From assembly GCA_977030845.1 (NCBI GenBank), contig OZ365112.1, positions 25,482,001 to 25,546,000 on the forward strand: DNA of 64,000 nucleotides, in the 5' to 3' direction. The notes under the pieces are model-generated. The model was not told where the DNA came from. It did not search any database and saw only the letters and a program-made list of their open reading frames with translations. Source of the DNA: Fimbriosthenelais zetlandica. Lineage: Eukaryota. The translations under genes and the position numbers were made by a program. Positions 39,801 to 52,650 of this stretch are shown here, piece after piece; position 1 is the stretch's first letter, and each line of letters starts with the position of its first letter.

Positions 39801-41950
39801 ATGTATCGAATCTATGTACTGAGATGGGTGACCCAAAACAAATTCTCCCTGATCTGATCTTGTCAAGGCCAGGGGGCTTGGAGCTATAACTCTGTTACCG
39901 AAGTACAACCAAGCCATCCTGCAGACAAACACTCTCAACCCCTCTACGCCTCACTCCTCCATTGTCACAAATATCACATTGACCGAACACGACACATTTC
40001 CTAAATTCAGTCGAATATGTTTATTTAATATATCTCATTTTTTCGGCTGATAAACTACGAGAATAAAATGGAAACACCACAGATCTAGAGAGTGGCGGGG
40101 GAGATCTTTTGCACTTTGACCTGGGGAGTCAGCGGGAGTTCAGGTGGCACAACACTAAGTTAAATAAACCGACAACAGCTTCGCCCAAATCGGGCTGGTG
40201 TCAGGCTACGGCTAGATCTCTGTCAATGTCAGAGGAGAGGCCTGGGGTGGTAAGAAAGGCTGATATATGTAGGCTTTTCCCGGCAAATAAATGTGGAAAA
40301 TGTTTCAGATCAAACACTGATTTATCTCCCAATCCCGCCTACTCCTGGCTGAAGCATCTCGTGGCTGGTAACTTAATACTGAGAGAGGAATATTCACTGA
40401 CACGTTCACCCAGCATATATAGACACCAGTAAAGGAATACCATCTGCAGGGTGCTTCAATATCTTCTCAATTCTATACACACCCCATGGTTTTGAAGGGA
40501 GATATTGTGAAATAATCATACGATTCCATCCATTTCAACTGAAAGGTGCATATACACCCTGATATAAAGAAGACATAGCCCAAGGGTATATGTCTTTGAT
40601 ATATGTGTCATGACATAAGCCGAACTACCTACCCTTAGACACCTAAGGTGGGTCTTTATTTGAAAAGAATGAATATCGTATAGCACATGGTCATGATAAT
40701 GCCTCAATAGAACCATCCCAAACCAAATGTACCAAATAGCCTTCTATTCCTAAAATATACATCCGAGCGCTAGCACCCACAAACATTTCTGGCATTTATA
40801 AACTCTGACCTGATGGTTTGAATAATGCAATCATTGAGCAGTGGACATTATTTAGATAAAGTCTCGTGTGTCTGTTGGTGGGGGAAATGGCAGTGATTTG
40901 GATGTAAAACAAAGAGGTTCATTTCAATGCCATGGTAACAGGTTATGGAGGTGTGAGGAATGTACATTAGGACCATATTGTTATGGCTGGGAGGGGCGTG
41001 GTGGGCCTGTCAGGGCTGATGGTCTTGTCTTTCTCATCCTGTGACTACATCCCAGTCTTTTAGGCTAAAGATAATACATTTAATGGTTTGGTTCAAGTTA
41101 CCAGACCCAAAGACCCATTGGTCTGAATGCTGGGGTCAATTTCCCTTCGATATCATGTGAAATTCATATAAATTTATCATCAGCTTCGGAAAAAAAGAAA
41201 CCGATGAGGTGCTATAGGGTCAGGGGTATATTTACTAATGTCTCTTATGTACATTCTAAACAGATATTTAATTGTTTTGGCCTTGAGAGAAAGAGGTCGC
41301 TGACAGCTCGTAGTGGAGGGCATTTTGAGAGTGGACCTATAACGGAAGGACACCGGTAGTGTTTCCGGTCTAACCTGTCACCATGGGGACCTATAAATAG
41401 AGACTTTATTAAGTCCCATGTCCCGAATGGCAGATTACAATCTGTGCCCACTGTTCAGGGGATAAGGCCTGTGACTATTTTTGTCGGGAAAGGGATATGC
41501 TAAACAAGGGCCTTTACATAGAAAAGTGTAAAGGCCTTGCAATGGGAAGTGAAGGGAAGCATCGATTTCCAATAGGAATGAAAAAATGATGCATTGAATA
41601 ATAGAAAGAATTTAAATCAATATGTGATGCAATAAACATTGATTTTGCTATTTCGTCAGAAATACCAATTACACAAGTCATAATTACATTATAATTCACC
41701 GATTTATAAACCTATATATTCAGGAATACAATTGAAATCTCAAATCTTCAAAACTGAATTAAGGGCAATGGTTGAGCCAGACAAAGACTGGTTTTCAGAC
41801 AGAAATAAAGACATTTGGTTGCCTTCCAAATGCCTGGGTTTTTGAGGGGGAAAGTAAAGAAACTTTGCATTATTTTTCTCGTCTGGAGATGCTCCACACA
41901 CGGGGCTTTAAGGTGGGGCTGTAATTACAAATAGACATGGCAGAGGTCTG

Positions 41951-42116
41951 ATTGGTGGGGCTTTGTCTGGCTTATCGGAACCTATCAAGCCTCGTGGGGG
42001 GTGGCGCTAGAATCCCCTCCGACCAATCACAATGGCTTTTACAACAAATGAACCGGAGAGAGGGATTAGCCAATGATCTGGCGCTTTAGTTGGAGGTTCT
42101 AAAGGCCATGACCAAT
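41951..42116. promoter_or_regulatory. Four-CCAAT-box (NF-Y) cluster
   Basis: ATTGG 41951 and CCAAT at 42023, 42070 and 42112, in typical contexts (GACCAATCAC, AGCCAATGA, GACCAATCAG). Confidence 0.5.
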
Positions 42117-42726
42117 CAGCAATCATCGGGCTGTAGAGTGGCCGTGAATGATTACTTTTTAATGATGCATGACAATGGTTTTTATAACGGTTCTTCCTTC
42201 ACCATTTGGCTGCCTAGACCGGCAGCAATCTGGCACAAATATAATCCATAATCGAGTGAAAAACTCTTATAATATATGGTGCCATTCAGTTTGAAATGTA
42301 TTAAAAAACGATCAGTTTTATTCACAAATTTCCATTAAAAATGAATCAAAACTGGCTGAATTCACATACATTTCAAACGGAAAAGTTTCATTATCGAATT
42401 TACCATTGCTCTTTCTTCCATAAACGCTAAACTATGTTAGATGTCTGTGTTAGATGTATGTAAAAGATGTACTAAATCTCTTGCACATTACTAAGAAAGA
42501 AATTCATATATGACAATCCCGAGGGAAGAACAACATAATAAGACACAGTGGTGTCTATAATAGTAATCACATCTTATATCAGATTCATATCTGTCTTTGA
42601 TCATTGTGGGGACGCCCGGGTAATGAGTGTTGTTCATCTTTGAGGGAGGAGAGAGGAATCTATTGAATCACACACACTCATCATCCCGTGTCACACACCC
42701 CTTCTATCTATTGACTGAGGGCTTAC

Positions 42727-43140
42727 ATGGGAGGTCACAGGCACCGCCACGCAGGAGGTTCTCTCACACACCATGCTTGACAAGATTCTCCTCACAGACC
42801 CCCACAACGCTACCAGAACAGCTGGGGGTGAACTGGGGTTAAGAGGGGGAGGGGAAGACAAAGATGGAGAGGGGAGAAGGGAGGCACAGGGAGGAGGGAC
42901 ACGAGAGGGAGAGAGGGTGAGGGAGAGTGGGGGAGGGTGGAAGAAATGAGGGAGGGATACAGGGAGGCAGAGAAAGATAGGGACATAGGGAGGCAGATAG
43001 AGATAGAGAGAGCAGACAGAGAAAGGCAGAGAGGGAGGAGACAGGGAAGATAGAGAAGCAAATTGCGAGGAAGATAGAGGAAGGAAAGGGAGAGAGCATG
43101 CAGAGAGAATAAAATGGGAAAGAAATTGGAATGAGTAAGT
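42727..43140 (-). other. Candidate alternative first exon (5' end approximate)
   Basis: Donor CAT|gtaagc at 42727/42726, ATG at 42774 in a good context (aagcATGG) giving MVCERTSCVAVPVTSH, and a TC-rich leader. Confidence 0.3.
42841..43135 (+). repeat. GA-rich polypurine tract with G4-capable segments
   Basis: About 300 bp of mostly A/G with many GGGA units. It explains the low-complexity 272-aa minus-strand ORF. Confidence 0.85.
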
Positions 43141-44789
43141 CGGATCAGAGTGCAGAAATCGAAAGAAAAGTGGAATGAGAAAGAAACTGATACACAGATA
43201 CATTAGAAAGAATTCATGGAGGGTACACGCATGTGCGCGGCACATGTATATCTGTGCATGCAGGAGGGAGGGAAGGATAACATTCCTGGTCCGGCCACCT
43301 CCCGGATTTAAGGGATTAATCTGACACGAGCAAGACAAATCCGTGAGAGGCAATGGGTCAGGGTGGGTAGGATCATTAGGAACACCCATTACCCCTCTAT
43401 CTCCGCTAGTGACGAGCAAGCCACGAGGGGGACGTGAGGGCAACGACTTAAGCCTCGCATTCACTAACCAAACTCTCCATCGGATGACAATTGCATTTTT
43501 CCCTTTCAAGAATATCCAACACTGTTACGGTAGTTCATACGGAGAATTTCCTCTGTTGATTTAATACAAAATTGACTATTTCTGACATTTAACAAAAATG
43601 AATTCATTGGCCATCCGATGAACTATTTCTTCAGTGAGTCCTAACCCTCACTGGCCGACAATGCATTTCAGCCGGCTCGGAGCAGTTCATTTCTACTGAG
43701 CTGTTTGCAGAAGTAAAAAGGCTTTGCTCATGCATATTTATAATGGTGGGGGCGAGCTGGGGTGATCCGCGGGGGGTAATGGGGGTCTTATCAGAGGCTG
43801 TGAGGCTGCACTGCAGGCTGGCGATTGGAGGAGGATTCCGTCATTGGAGGCCTCGCCTGCCCCACCCACAAGATCGCCACTCGTCAATAATGGGGATTTA
43901 TGGCTGGAGATCCAAGCGTCACGACTTGGCAGGGGGTATATGGTGGTGGTGGTGGAGGTGGTATGTAGGCAGGGCGGTGGTGAAATGAGAGCGATAAAAA
44001 TAATTGTTTGTTTGTGGTTATCCCAGCTATATACGAGCCAAAAAATCCATGGTTGGCAGGTCAAGCGTTTTTTTTTCGGATGACTTTGAATTTTTTCGGT
44101 TGAGGCCAACTCAATGGGTAGACCACTAACGTCTAGGCCTATGGGATTCAAATTTCAGGAGGGCCATTTACAAAAGATCATTATGGCTGGAACAGACTGT
44201 GAATGCCTCCAATTGCTTGAGCTTTTCTTGTCATGCGACTTCAGAAAGTAAGCGCGCCGATGAGAATCAAGACAGACCAAAGCGGGGGCATTTATAGAAG
44301 GTCGCCTGTGCCATGGGCGCGACTGCAAAAACGCTCTGGTCCTTTTAAGCCATTAGATGTCTTATTGACATGCTTCTGTCATATGAAAAATATATATATG
44401 ACGTGGCGACACTTTCAATATAGGCAATTAAAAGCAAATTGAAAATGGGAGAAGGCGCGCCTTGGTGCAGATGCGGAGCCGGATGTGGACGCTGATTTGA
44501 TTTTTCCACCGAAATGCCATGGAAAGAACTTTAGATACTTTCTATAAATTCAGATGTGTCAACAAGGCAAATTCCCAAGCTTTCAACTAATCAAATATTA
44601 CCATATGTGGATTTGAAAGTACGAAATTTAAGATTTCAGACAAATTTTGGACGGCGACCGAAATCATAATCAAATTTCGTTTCATATATTGCAGGATGTC
44701 ATATTTTACATCAGAAATATCTGATGGTTTTGAAATGCATTGATATTAAAATACGGCCTTTTGTCGTGTTTTCAGCTCGGTGCCTGTAT

Positions 44790-44915
44790 GGCTGGCCTGG
44801 GGACGGGGCGGTGCCGCGCGGGACGTGGGCGGGGCGGCGTGGAGGGAGGGAGGGGCGGCGCTGAACGGCAGGGGTGGGCGGTGAAGCGAGGTGGCATGCG
44901 GTCAGCCGGGCCGCA
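44790..44915. promoter_or_regulatory. Small GC/CpG island with multiple Sp/KLF GC-boxes
   Basis: GGGGCGG at 44805, 44831 and 44852; GGGCGG at 44827 and 44876. It appears to be the most GC-rich stretch in the window. Confidence 0.55.
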
Positions 44916-47900
44916 TTTAACATTTCTAACAGACAGGCTTCAATCATGACATACTATCAATCTATATGTAAAGCCACCCTCTAATTATGACAAAAACAGT
45001 GGAAAACCACATAGAAAAACACCATATAGCTTAGATTTAATACCAGTCTATTTTAAAAAGTACAATTAGTTTGTACTTAATTTGGAAACTTATAATTGAA
45101 ATGACCCTTTCTTCTTGAAAGTAAAAGATAAGTAATAGCTCCTGTGAACAGAGCTGCCAAAAGTAAATAATGTGTTTGGATACCATAGTATAAGGTCGCC
45201 GGCCCTTGCCAAGCTGACGCTAGATGAGTGTCCAAACTTGAGCCTTTTATCGCGCCTCAAACATATAAATCTTCAACCTCTGTCCACCATTGTGATGTCT
45301 TAATTTGTAGACTATAATTAATGTAGGCAGGCTCGTGATTTACAGGGACTCAATACTGGGCGCATATTGTCATATCCCCCAGGGGGCTTTTCATAATGTT
45401 ACAGAGATGCTCAACTTTAAGCACTGGTGAAGTTTTTCATGATAAGGCCCCCGTCTATGATTTATCTATTTTCTAACACCCGCTTTTGGCAATCACAGTT
45501 TGAAGTGGAATCTGGCCATTGCCTTCAGGAGTTTTCTCTTAGCCATGTTTACACAAAGGTGACGCCCGAATCTATCACCTCCCAACTAGAGACTACCGGG
45601 CATGATGCATACATCCCACATCACAACCGGTATCAATCAAAGAGTCCTGTAAGGTCATTTCAAAATTCAAGGCCATATATTACAAGGTCAGTTTCCCTAG
45701 ACCGCACACCATATATAGATTATATTTTCCATGTATGACTTTCGTATGTATGTACATACATTGTATTTGCAAACAGTTCATAGCCTTTTCGGGTAACGCA
45801 AATTTTCAGTCAAAAATAAGAAATGATATGATAATAAATCCAATTTAAACAAAGAAATAGATGACGCGACGAAAAGATTTTGAGCAGTTTTAGAACATAT
45901 ACGTTATAAGATCTACACTTTGGTCAAGCGACGTCCTATAAATTGTCTATTTCCTGAAACGGTATCCGACCCGATCACCGATTTGTCATAGAAAATTTGG
46001 AAGGATATTTCGGCCTCTTGATCTATCCGTACATGGGAACGGATGGCTGGCTTTGCAGGCCCACATAAAGAAACAACTTCTTCTCCCGCTCAAAAAAAAT
46101 ACCACGCAGGTTGTGTGAAAGTCCATGATATAAAAGATTTAGATTGGAGAAGAGGGGTAAAAAAACAGAGCCTATTAAGGAAAGATTTAATGAGGGCTGG
46201 CATGCATGCTATCTGCTTGAATAACACAGCAGGTGTGTCTTATGTAACTAGAGATATCTACAGACTCAAGGAAAACTACATGTATATAAATCTTACCTCC
46301 ACAATATTGTCCACTTCCCATTTGAAGAAGGAATTTGAATGTTCTGAGCGCCTCTGGAATGAATAAAAAGTTACCTGTGAATGACAGATATCCAATCAAA
46401 TTTGAGAAAGTATGGAAGAATAAATCATGTGAAATGCCCAATTCTGGGGAAGTTTTTCTCTCTTCGTGAAAGTCAATAGGACATTCCCAAAATATAGATA
46501 AGCCTCTCGTAATAATTCCAAAAGGGAACTTGTCTTTACGTCGTCCCTTTTTATGACAAAACCCCAGAGGACATGGCAATTTAAGGGCTTTTCTAAAAGA
46601 ATGAAAGAAGAGCAAGTGACGCAATATGAGGTATAGGAAGATTTAGTGCATTTCAATCTAGATTTTAATAAAAAATAAACCCTCTACCTTGCCATTGCCA
46701 GGGAATTTGATGACTTTGACCCTGTAGACCTTACAAGGGCTTGTACAGGTTGATACAAACGACGTGACATCACGTCAAAACACAAATCATCATGACAAGT
46801 TCATTTTAAAATCATATCTCATTTGATCTTTAAGAACGGAGTGGGGAGCGGGCTATAGGGTGCCATGCCCCAGTGCCTCAGTTATCTTTTTCAAATAGAC
46901 CTCTCCCGTCAAAGTTACAAGCATTTCATTATGACAGATGCCTTAACAGAAATGGAATTGCACAAATATTCTGCAATGACCTTCCAATATGAATACTTCC
47001 CCTTGAATTCCATCCCATTTCAGACATCAATACTTTTGCATTATTGCCTATACACAAGTGCATTCTAATTATGCCACCTGATTGGTCAAGCATGTGGCGG
47101 ATAAAAATGTTGATATATACATCTCATTTGACTCTTTATCAGATCTCCAGGTTGTCCAATTGATTGGCTGAGATTTTCAAGGTGTATGCACCTCCGCTTG
47201 GCAGGCGCCTTCTCGGTAAATGATCAGGGATTAATCAATAATGAATACATAGTGATGCATGTGTATAATTAATCTCTTAAGGCAGTTAGGCCTAATTTAT
47301 CTGTCAGGGCGGCTAGACTGTGGCTAATTTGGAAGTGAATTGGAACAGAACCGATATCGCTTTCTATCACATACCACATGCATGGGAAATGTCACAATAT
47401 ATAAGAAGAACCTTCATTCAATTTATTTGGGACATTTGCTCTAAAATCAATAGACGTTCTGTTCAAAATCGTGGAAAAATAGACAGGAGTCTAACAGTCT
47501 ACAGCGCAGTGACATTCCTCCTAATTATGACAAAGTCCCTTGATTTATCAATAATCAAATAGGTCAATTTTCCGCATATTATCTGTTTGAAACTATTCCT
47601 TTGATAAGTGAAGTTCATCCAATTTTACCACCAGATTACGGGCAGTTACGGATCATTGCAATTATGTCATTGACAATCAGATATATATTACACACGAATA
47701 TTTCCCCCATTGAGACAGAGTTCACATTGATGTATATCCCTGACAACGAGAACTCAATTGGGGTTGGCATGCCCCAGTCAACAACCTTTGTGGCAACACA
47801 GTGGAAATGATTTCAAATCATCCAGTTTTTGACCCGGGGTGAAAACTTTTTCCATGTCTAAAGGTAAAAGCAGGGCCTGGGGCGAGTGGCAAGCAGAATC

Positions 47901-49092
47901 TCCTGTCATAATGACGCCTAATTATTTGTCGAGGTTACATCCTACATCCCATAATAGTATATATCTGTCATACACCTCTCTCTGGGGCTGGCCTCCTCCA
48001 CCACTGGCCCCCACTTGTGCCCCCAAGGCAGGCAAGCATACACACACAGACAACACTCTATCTCGCAGCTGACTCTGCTACACAGGGGACTACCTGCAGA
48101 GCCTTGTATTTGACAAAACTTACAAGATACAGACATATCTTTGTTTGAAAATTCAAAATGACTTTTGAGTTGTTTCCCTCCCCATGAGAACTATGGGTGA
48201 TAGATTACTTGTGACACATCCCTCTTGGGAATGTGTCACAGGACCATGATTAGGATCTCTCTGTATTTCGTCCTCTTAATTCTGCCCCTTTAATTGTCTT
48301 AACTCGGGGTCTTAAAGGAGATTGCAACTTTTCAAATGAACATTATGAATCCGATACCAGTGAGCCCGATCGGGTTATAGTTTAAGTTATTTGATCTTGT
48401 AAAATAACAATGTGTTGTGGCTGGTGTTTTAATTCCATGTTTCCAATCGAGTGAGCACGGTGTAGGTGAATAGTAAAGTCACAGTGACAGCGGGTCGTGT
48501 GACATGTTGACAGCACCCTGATAGAGAGGGACACGGACAACTATCTCCTCTAATCTTGAAACATGACCTTGGGTGAAACACTCTAGCTATATACATGCAA
48601 GCATGCAAGCATTCAAATTACTGGGCTATTTAGCAGGCTGATAATCGTTATAGTTGTGCTAATATACACTTGGAAAGCAGTGTAGCAAATAAAATATATA
48701 TATATACAGAGCAGTAGAGTTTTCATGAAGTATTCATATGTCAATTCATGAAAAAATACTGTACTACTACTAGCAGGTTCTTAGAAAGCCGTTCTACGAT
48801 CTAGGAAATGTTGGAAATTAGGCAGAGATGTTCATATAGTTCATATATTTGGTATTAATGAAGATTACATAATTATTTCAGATAGGTATTCAGTGGTTTT
48901 CATTTGAGCCCCGACTGACACTGGGCTCTGCAGCAGTGCTGTCCACTTTGAGGTGAGGAAAGGCCACCTTTGATATTACAGTCCTGATTGAAGGGGTGGT
49001 GACCCCTGTAAAAATATCACTTGTCTCCAATTTCTCCCTCCTTCATTCTGACCACCTATACACCGCTCTGGTCTGCCTTTTATAAAATTTAT

Positions 49093-49131
49093 ACCGGACC
49101 ACTTCTGTATTTAATACAGAAGTGGTCCGGT
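49093..49131. repeat. Perfect 19-bp inverted repeat (1-nt centre)
   Basis: ACCGGACCACTTCTGTATT-T-AATACAGAAGTGGTCCGGT; the arms are exact reverse complements. Confidence 0.95.
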
Positions 49132-49857
49132 CCTTTGACACAACCCAGGTGAAGCTTCCCTTCTATCAATCAATCAATTACTTTTGTCCTTCAAAGGTGG
49201 ACATTCACTGGTAGATCATATCGCTCATCAGACTGTCATTGCCTTTAGACAATATTGGCCCCTTATACGGGTGAATTAATACAAGACTATTGGACTGTCA
49301 GAAGAAATGGAGAAGTGAGGAAGGGAGAGATTGGGCATGTAGAGTAGAGAGTGAAGAAGAATGTCCGCGGACGACTACTTAGAGTAGGAGAAGATGTTAT
49401 CTTGGTGAAAGCTTCCGCAATTATGTCAAGAGAAAGGGAGGGCCAGAGGCAAAGGGGGGTATGTGGAAATTATTAGTATTTATCATACCAGAAACAAGGC
49501 CAGTCATTTTCACATCCATATGTAGGTCTGTATGTTCTTTTGCTTGTTGGTAAATGCAGCATTTGTCTAGGAGAGGACAGGCCGGAGTCTGTATAAGCAA
49601 TATAGGACCTGTAAAAGGTCAAGGATTTGACAAAGAATAAGTAGACGTTTTGTTAATAGTCTTCCAAATGGTTGAAACATTGGCCTTGCAGTCATTTTCA
49701 ATGTTCAACTACTGTAGATAATGGTCTAGAACGTCATTATAATGATAGAACTGAATTATTGTGATGTATATAATAATATTATGCACAATGCAATTGCATC
49801 TGATCCAGAGGAGATATTTTCCAATCATTGCACTTATAATGAGTAGATTGATAATGC

Positions 49858-49894
49858 AGATATTGCATTTAATTGCCAAAGATATTGCATTTAA
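49858..49894 (+). repeat. 15-bp direct repeat
   Basis: AGATATTGCATTTAA at 49858 and 49880. Confidence 0.8.
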
Positions 49895-52022
49895 CACCAA
49901 AGTTGACATTAAACGAGTTATCAATCTTCTTTGTTGTGAATTTCGGATGGAAATTAGAGAGATTTCTTCAGTTATATTTTATCTGATATTGACCCACATA
50001 GAGAACACAGGGCAGTTAGAGAATAATATTATGACTGGTCAATGCCTTCATGCTAAAGCCGGCAAAAATTTCCCAGCACCCAAGCACCCGTCTGGCAAAG
50101 AGTGCGACCCGATTACTGGGCTAAAGGGTAAGGCTTAAATCAAGCATTCTCACAATATAATTGTCATGTTATCAGTTGTGACTGGGCTACGAACCAAGGT
50201 TAAACAAGTTCTACACATTCCACTGAAGGGATAAGGTTACTTCAACGTACTCCGTACACAGGAGCACCATGCAACACATTGCCCTCTTTCCATCTACAGG
50301 CTCTCTGCTATAGGACGGAACAAAGGAAAGGGGTGGAAGGGGGGATTGTGATATGTGTGTTTTCCCAGAGGCACAAGGAGGAGTCGGTAATGCTTTACTG
50401 GTACGATAAATCTCTGAGTAAACCACTCAAAATAGTTATGGGAGCTATGCTTAAATGTAGATGGTACTCACAACGAAACACTTTTAAAAATTATCACGAG
50501 AACAAGTTTTTGTGTGGAAAAGATCACCTAAAAGGTTAATGTTCTACTGGTATGTCATAAATATGTCTTAATTTGTGTCAGAGTATAATATATAGCCCCT
50601 GATTTGACACATATAATGATTAGGTACGTTGTAGTTACATATTCATTTGGCAAACGAAGGGGTTGTATGATCGGTGCAATAAAATGCATTGCCCACGTGT
50701 GTGATAACTGATATTAGTAATTCAAACAAACTGATGTGGGGCAGGGATTCATTGTTATTGATGGGGTCAGATACGAACTTCATCTTCAAACTGGCAATTG
50801 AGATAAATGCTATTGATTCAACGTGCTGACATATAATGTCAAAAGCACCCTCTTGGTGGTATACCTAATACCGTAATGAACAATCGCGTAATTGGTATTG
50901 GCATTTAACAAGAACATAAATATACCCAACAACAGAAATTGACTTTATGTCATTAACTCTTGCATTAATTGAGGTCATTCTGTATGATAATGACTTCCTG
51001 TGGTGCGGCTATATAAGCCATTGTTATTCATCCTCACTAAGAACATATCAACCTTCACACGAGGCTTTCTCTACAAATTGGCAAAAATAAATGAGAAATG
51101 TGAGGACAAAAAACCCAATTTGGTCATGAAATTTCCCTCCAATTTGCAAGTTTGTTTCCAGCCTGGAATAGATTGCATGCAGGTGTTTCCCCTGCATGTT
51201 CATAATGGCAAAACTCAGTGCAAAGTCAGGCAGGAGTCGGTCTGCCAGTATGGTATACTCTCAATGGTAATGGACCAAGAGTCGGGAGTATGGTCTCTAC
51301 GTGGGGACCCTTCACAGTTTCAGACTATCCCTAAAAACCCCACTAACTTTTCCACCTCCTAGCAGCACCCCCCTTCAATCCTGGGGTGCTGGAGACTGAT
51401 ATGTCTGGGGTATAGAGGGCAATACCCAATGCTTTGGCCTTGTTTTAGTTCTGACCGACATTGTGGCCTCTGTAACTCTATCCAACACCCTATCCCTGTT
51501 GAGACAAGAGTAACTTTATCCGCCATGAGAGTACATGGAGAAGTTCGGCCTTGGAGTTGATATTCAAGCCTCTAGACTGAGGGGTTGTAAGAGGTTATGC
51601 ATGGGTATCGGCCTTGGTGTTTGGTTCATAAGAACGATGTGCTACATTGGACAATTGTTGGTTGAGGGACTGATCTAGCTCATATAGTACAAACTCCTAC
51701 GAGGCATAATGAAAGTACAGGCTACAGATATGGATGACTGAAGGTGCTGTATTGATGTGAAACAAAGTAAATCCATGAGAATCAGAAGCAAGTGGTCTAA
51801 TACTAGGAAGAGTCATCAAAAGAATGAGACAAGAATCAACAAGTTGAGATGATCAAGACAGTTGGTGCAGAGGTCACCTGTGCAGAAGCCACTCAGAACT
51901 TCTTCGCAAGTGGCTCAAGGAGACCATCAACTTGAATTGAATGAAGACCGTTGACTAGGCTGATCCATTCAGTGTTAAGAACACTCATGAGCACACGATT
52001 AAGCCATTGAAAACTAACTCAC

Positions 52023-52650
52023 CCTTTGCAGCCAAGCAGTAGAGCGTCCATACACATACTGTTGCTACAAGTCCGAACTTTCAATGTTACTGGATCGTGA
52101 CGAATTGAGAGCGAGAGACAGGGAGACAAGGGAGGGAGAGATATTCAGTGGGTAAGAGCTGAGGGTATGTGCAGAGCCCTGAAGATGTAAACCTTCTGAA
52201 AAGGTCCGCAACAACTAAATCATCCAGATAACTTGCGACACATTACAATACTCCTTTTAGTTGTATAGGTCCAATCTATGAGTATGGTGGTGTAGTGTTT
52301 TGGTGGTGGTGATGGTAGTAAGGGTTCCCTCCTGACTTATAGAACAAGGTGTTGGTGCATTACTGGTTGAATCATCGGGAGCTATGGACTGTGAGTGGCG
52401 TCTCAGCGGTGTGCATTTGACCCGTGTCTGTATGGGCAACTGCTGCGTGTCCCATCAGGCTCAACACTGCAGCATACAGTACCTCGCCTTCTGCTGGCAA
52501 TCCTCAACGGCCATGGAAGCTAGGGCAGGCGGTAGAGGGAAGCAATACCGAAGGGTTCCTCGGGCAGAGCCGAAGGAGGAAAAGCGGTGGGAGGAGCGGC
52601 GGAGGGAACGGTGGGTAGGTCCGGGAGAGTGAGCCGGTCTCTGACTCTCG
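52023..52650 (-). other. Candidate alternative first exon (5' end approximate)
   Basis: Strong donor AGG|gtgagt at 52023/52022, ATG at 52057 (MCMDALLLGCK plus 2 nt), and an upstream CpG-rich, C/T-rich leader on the minus strand. Confidence 0.25.

Noticed and set aside
42691-43509. Longest ORF in the track (272 aa, minus strand)
   Set aside because: It is an L/S/P/F-rich translation of a TC-rich tract. Only its short MVCERT... segment before a donor is kept as a candidate.
46187-46624. 145-aa minus-strand ORF
   Set aside because: No recognisable domain, no codon bias, and overlapping ORFs in other frames look equally random.
49761-50138. 125-aa Ile/Leu-rich plus-strand ORF
   Set aside because: It reflects AT-rich sequence with an internal 15-bp duplication; there is no splice or domain support.
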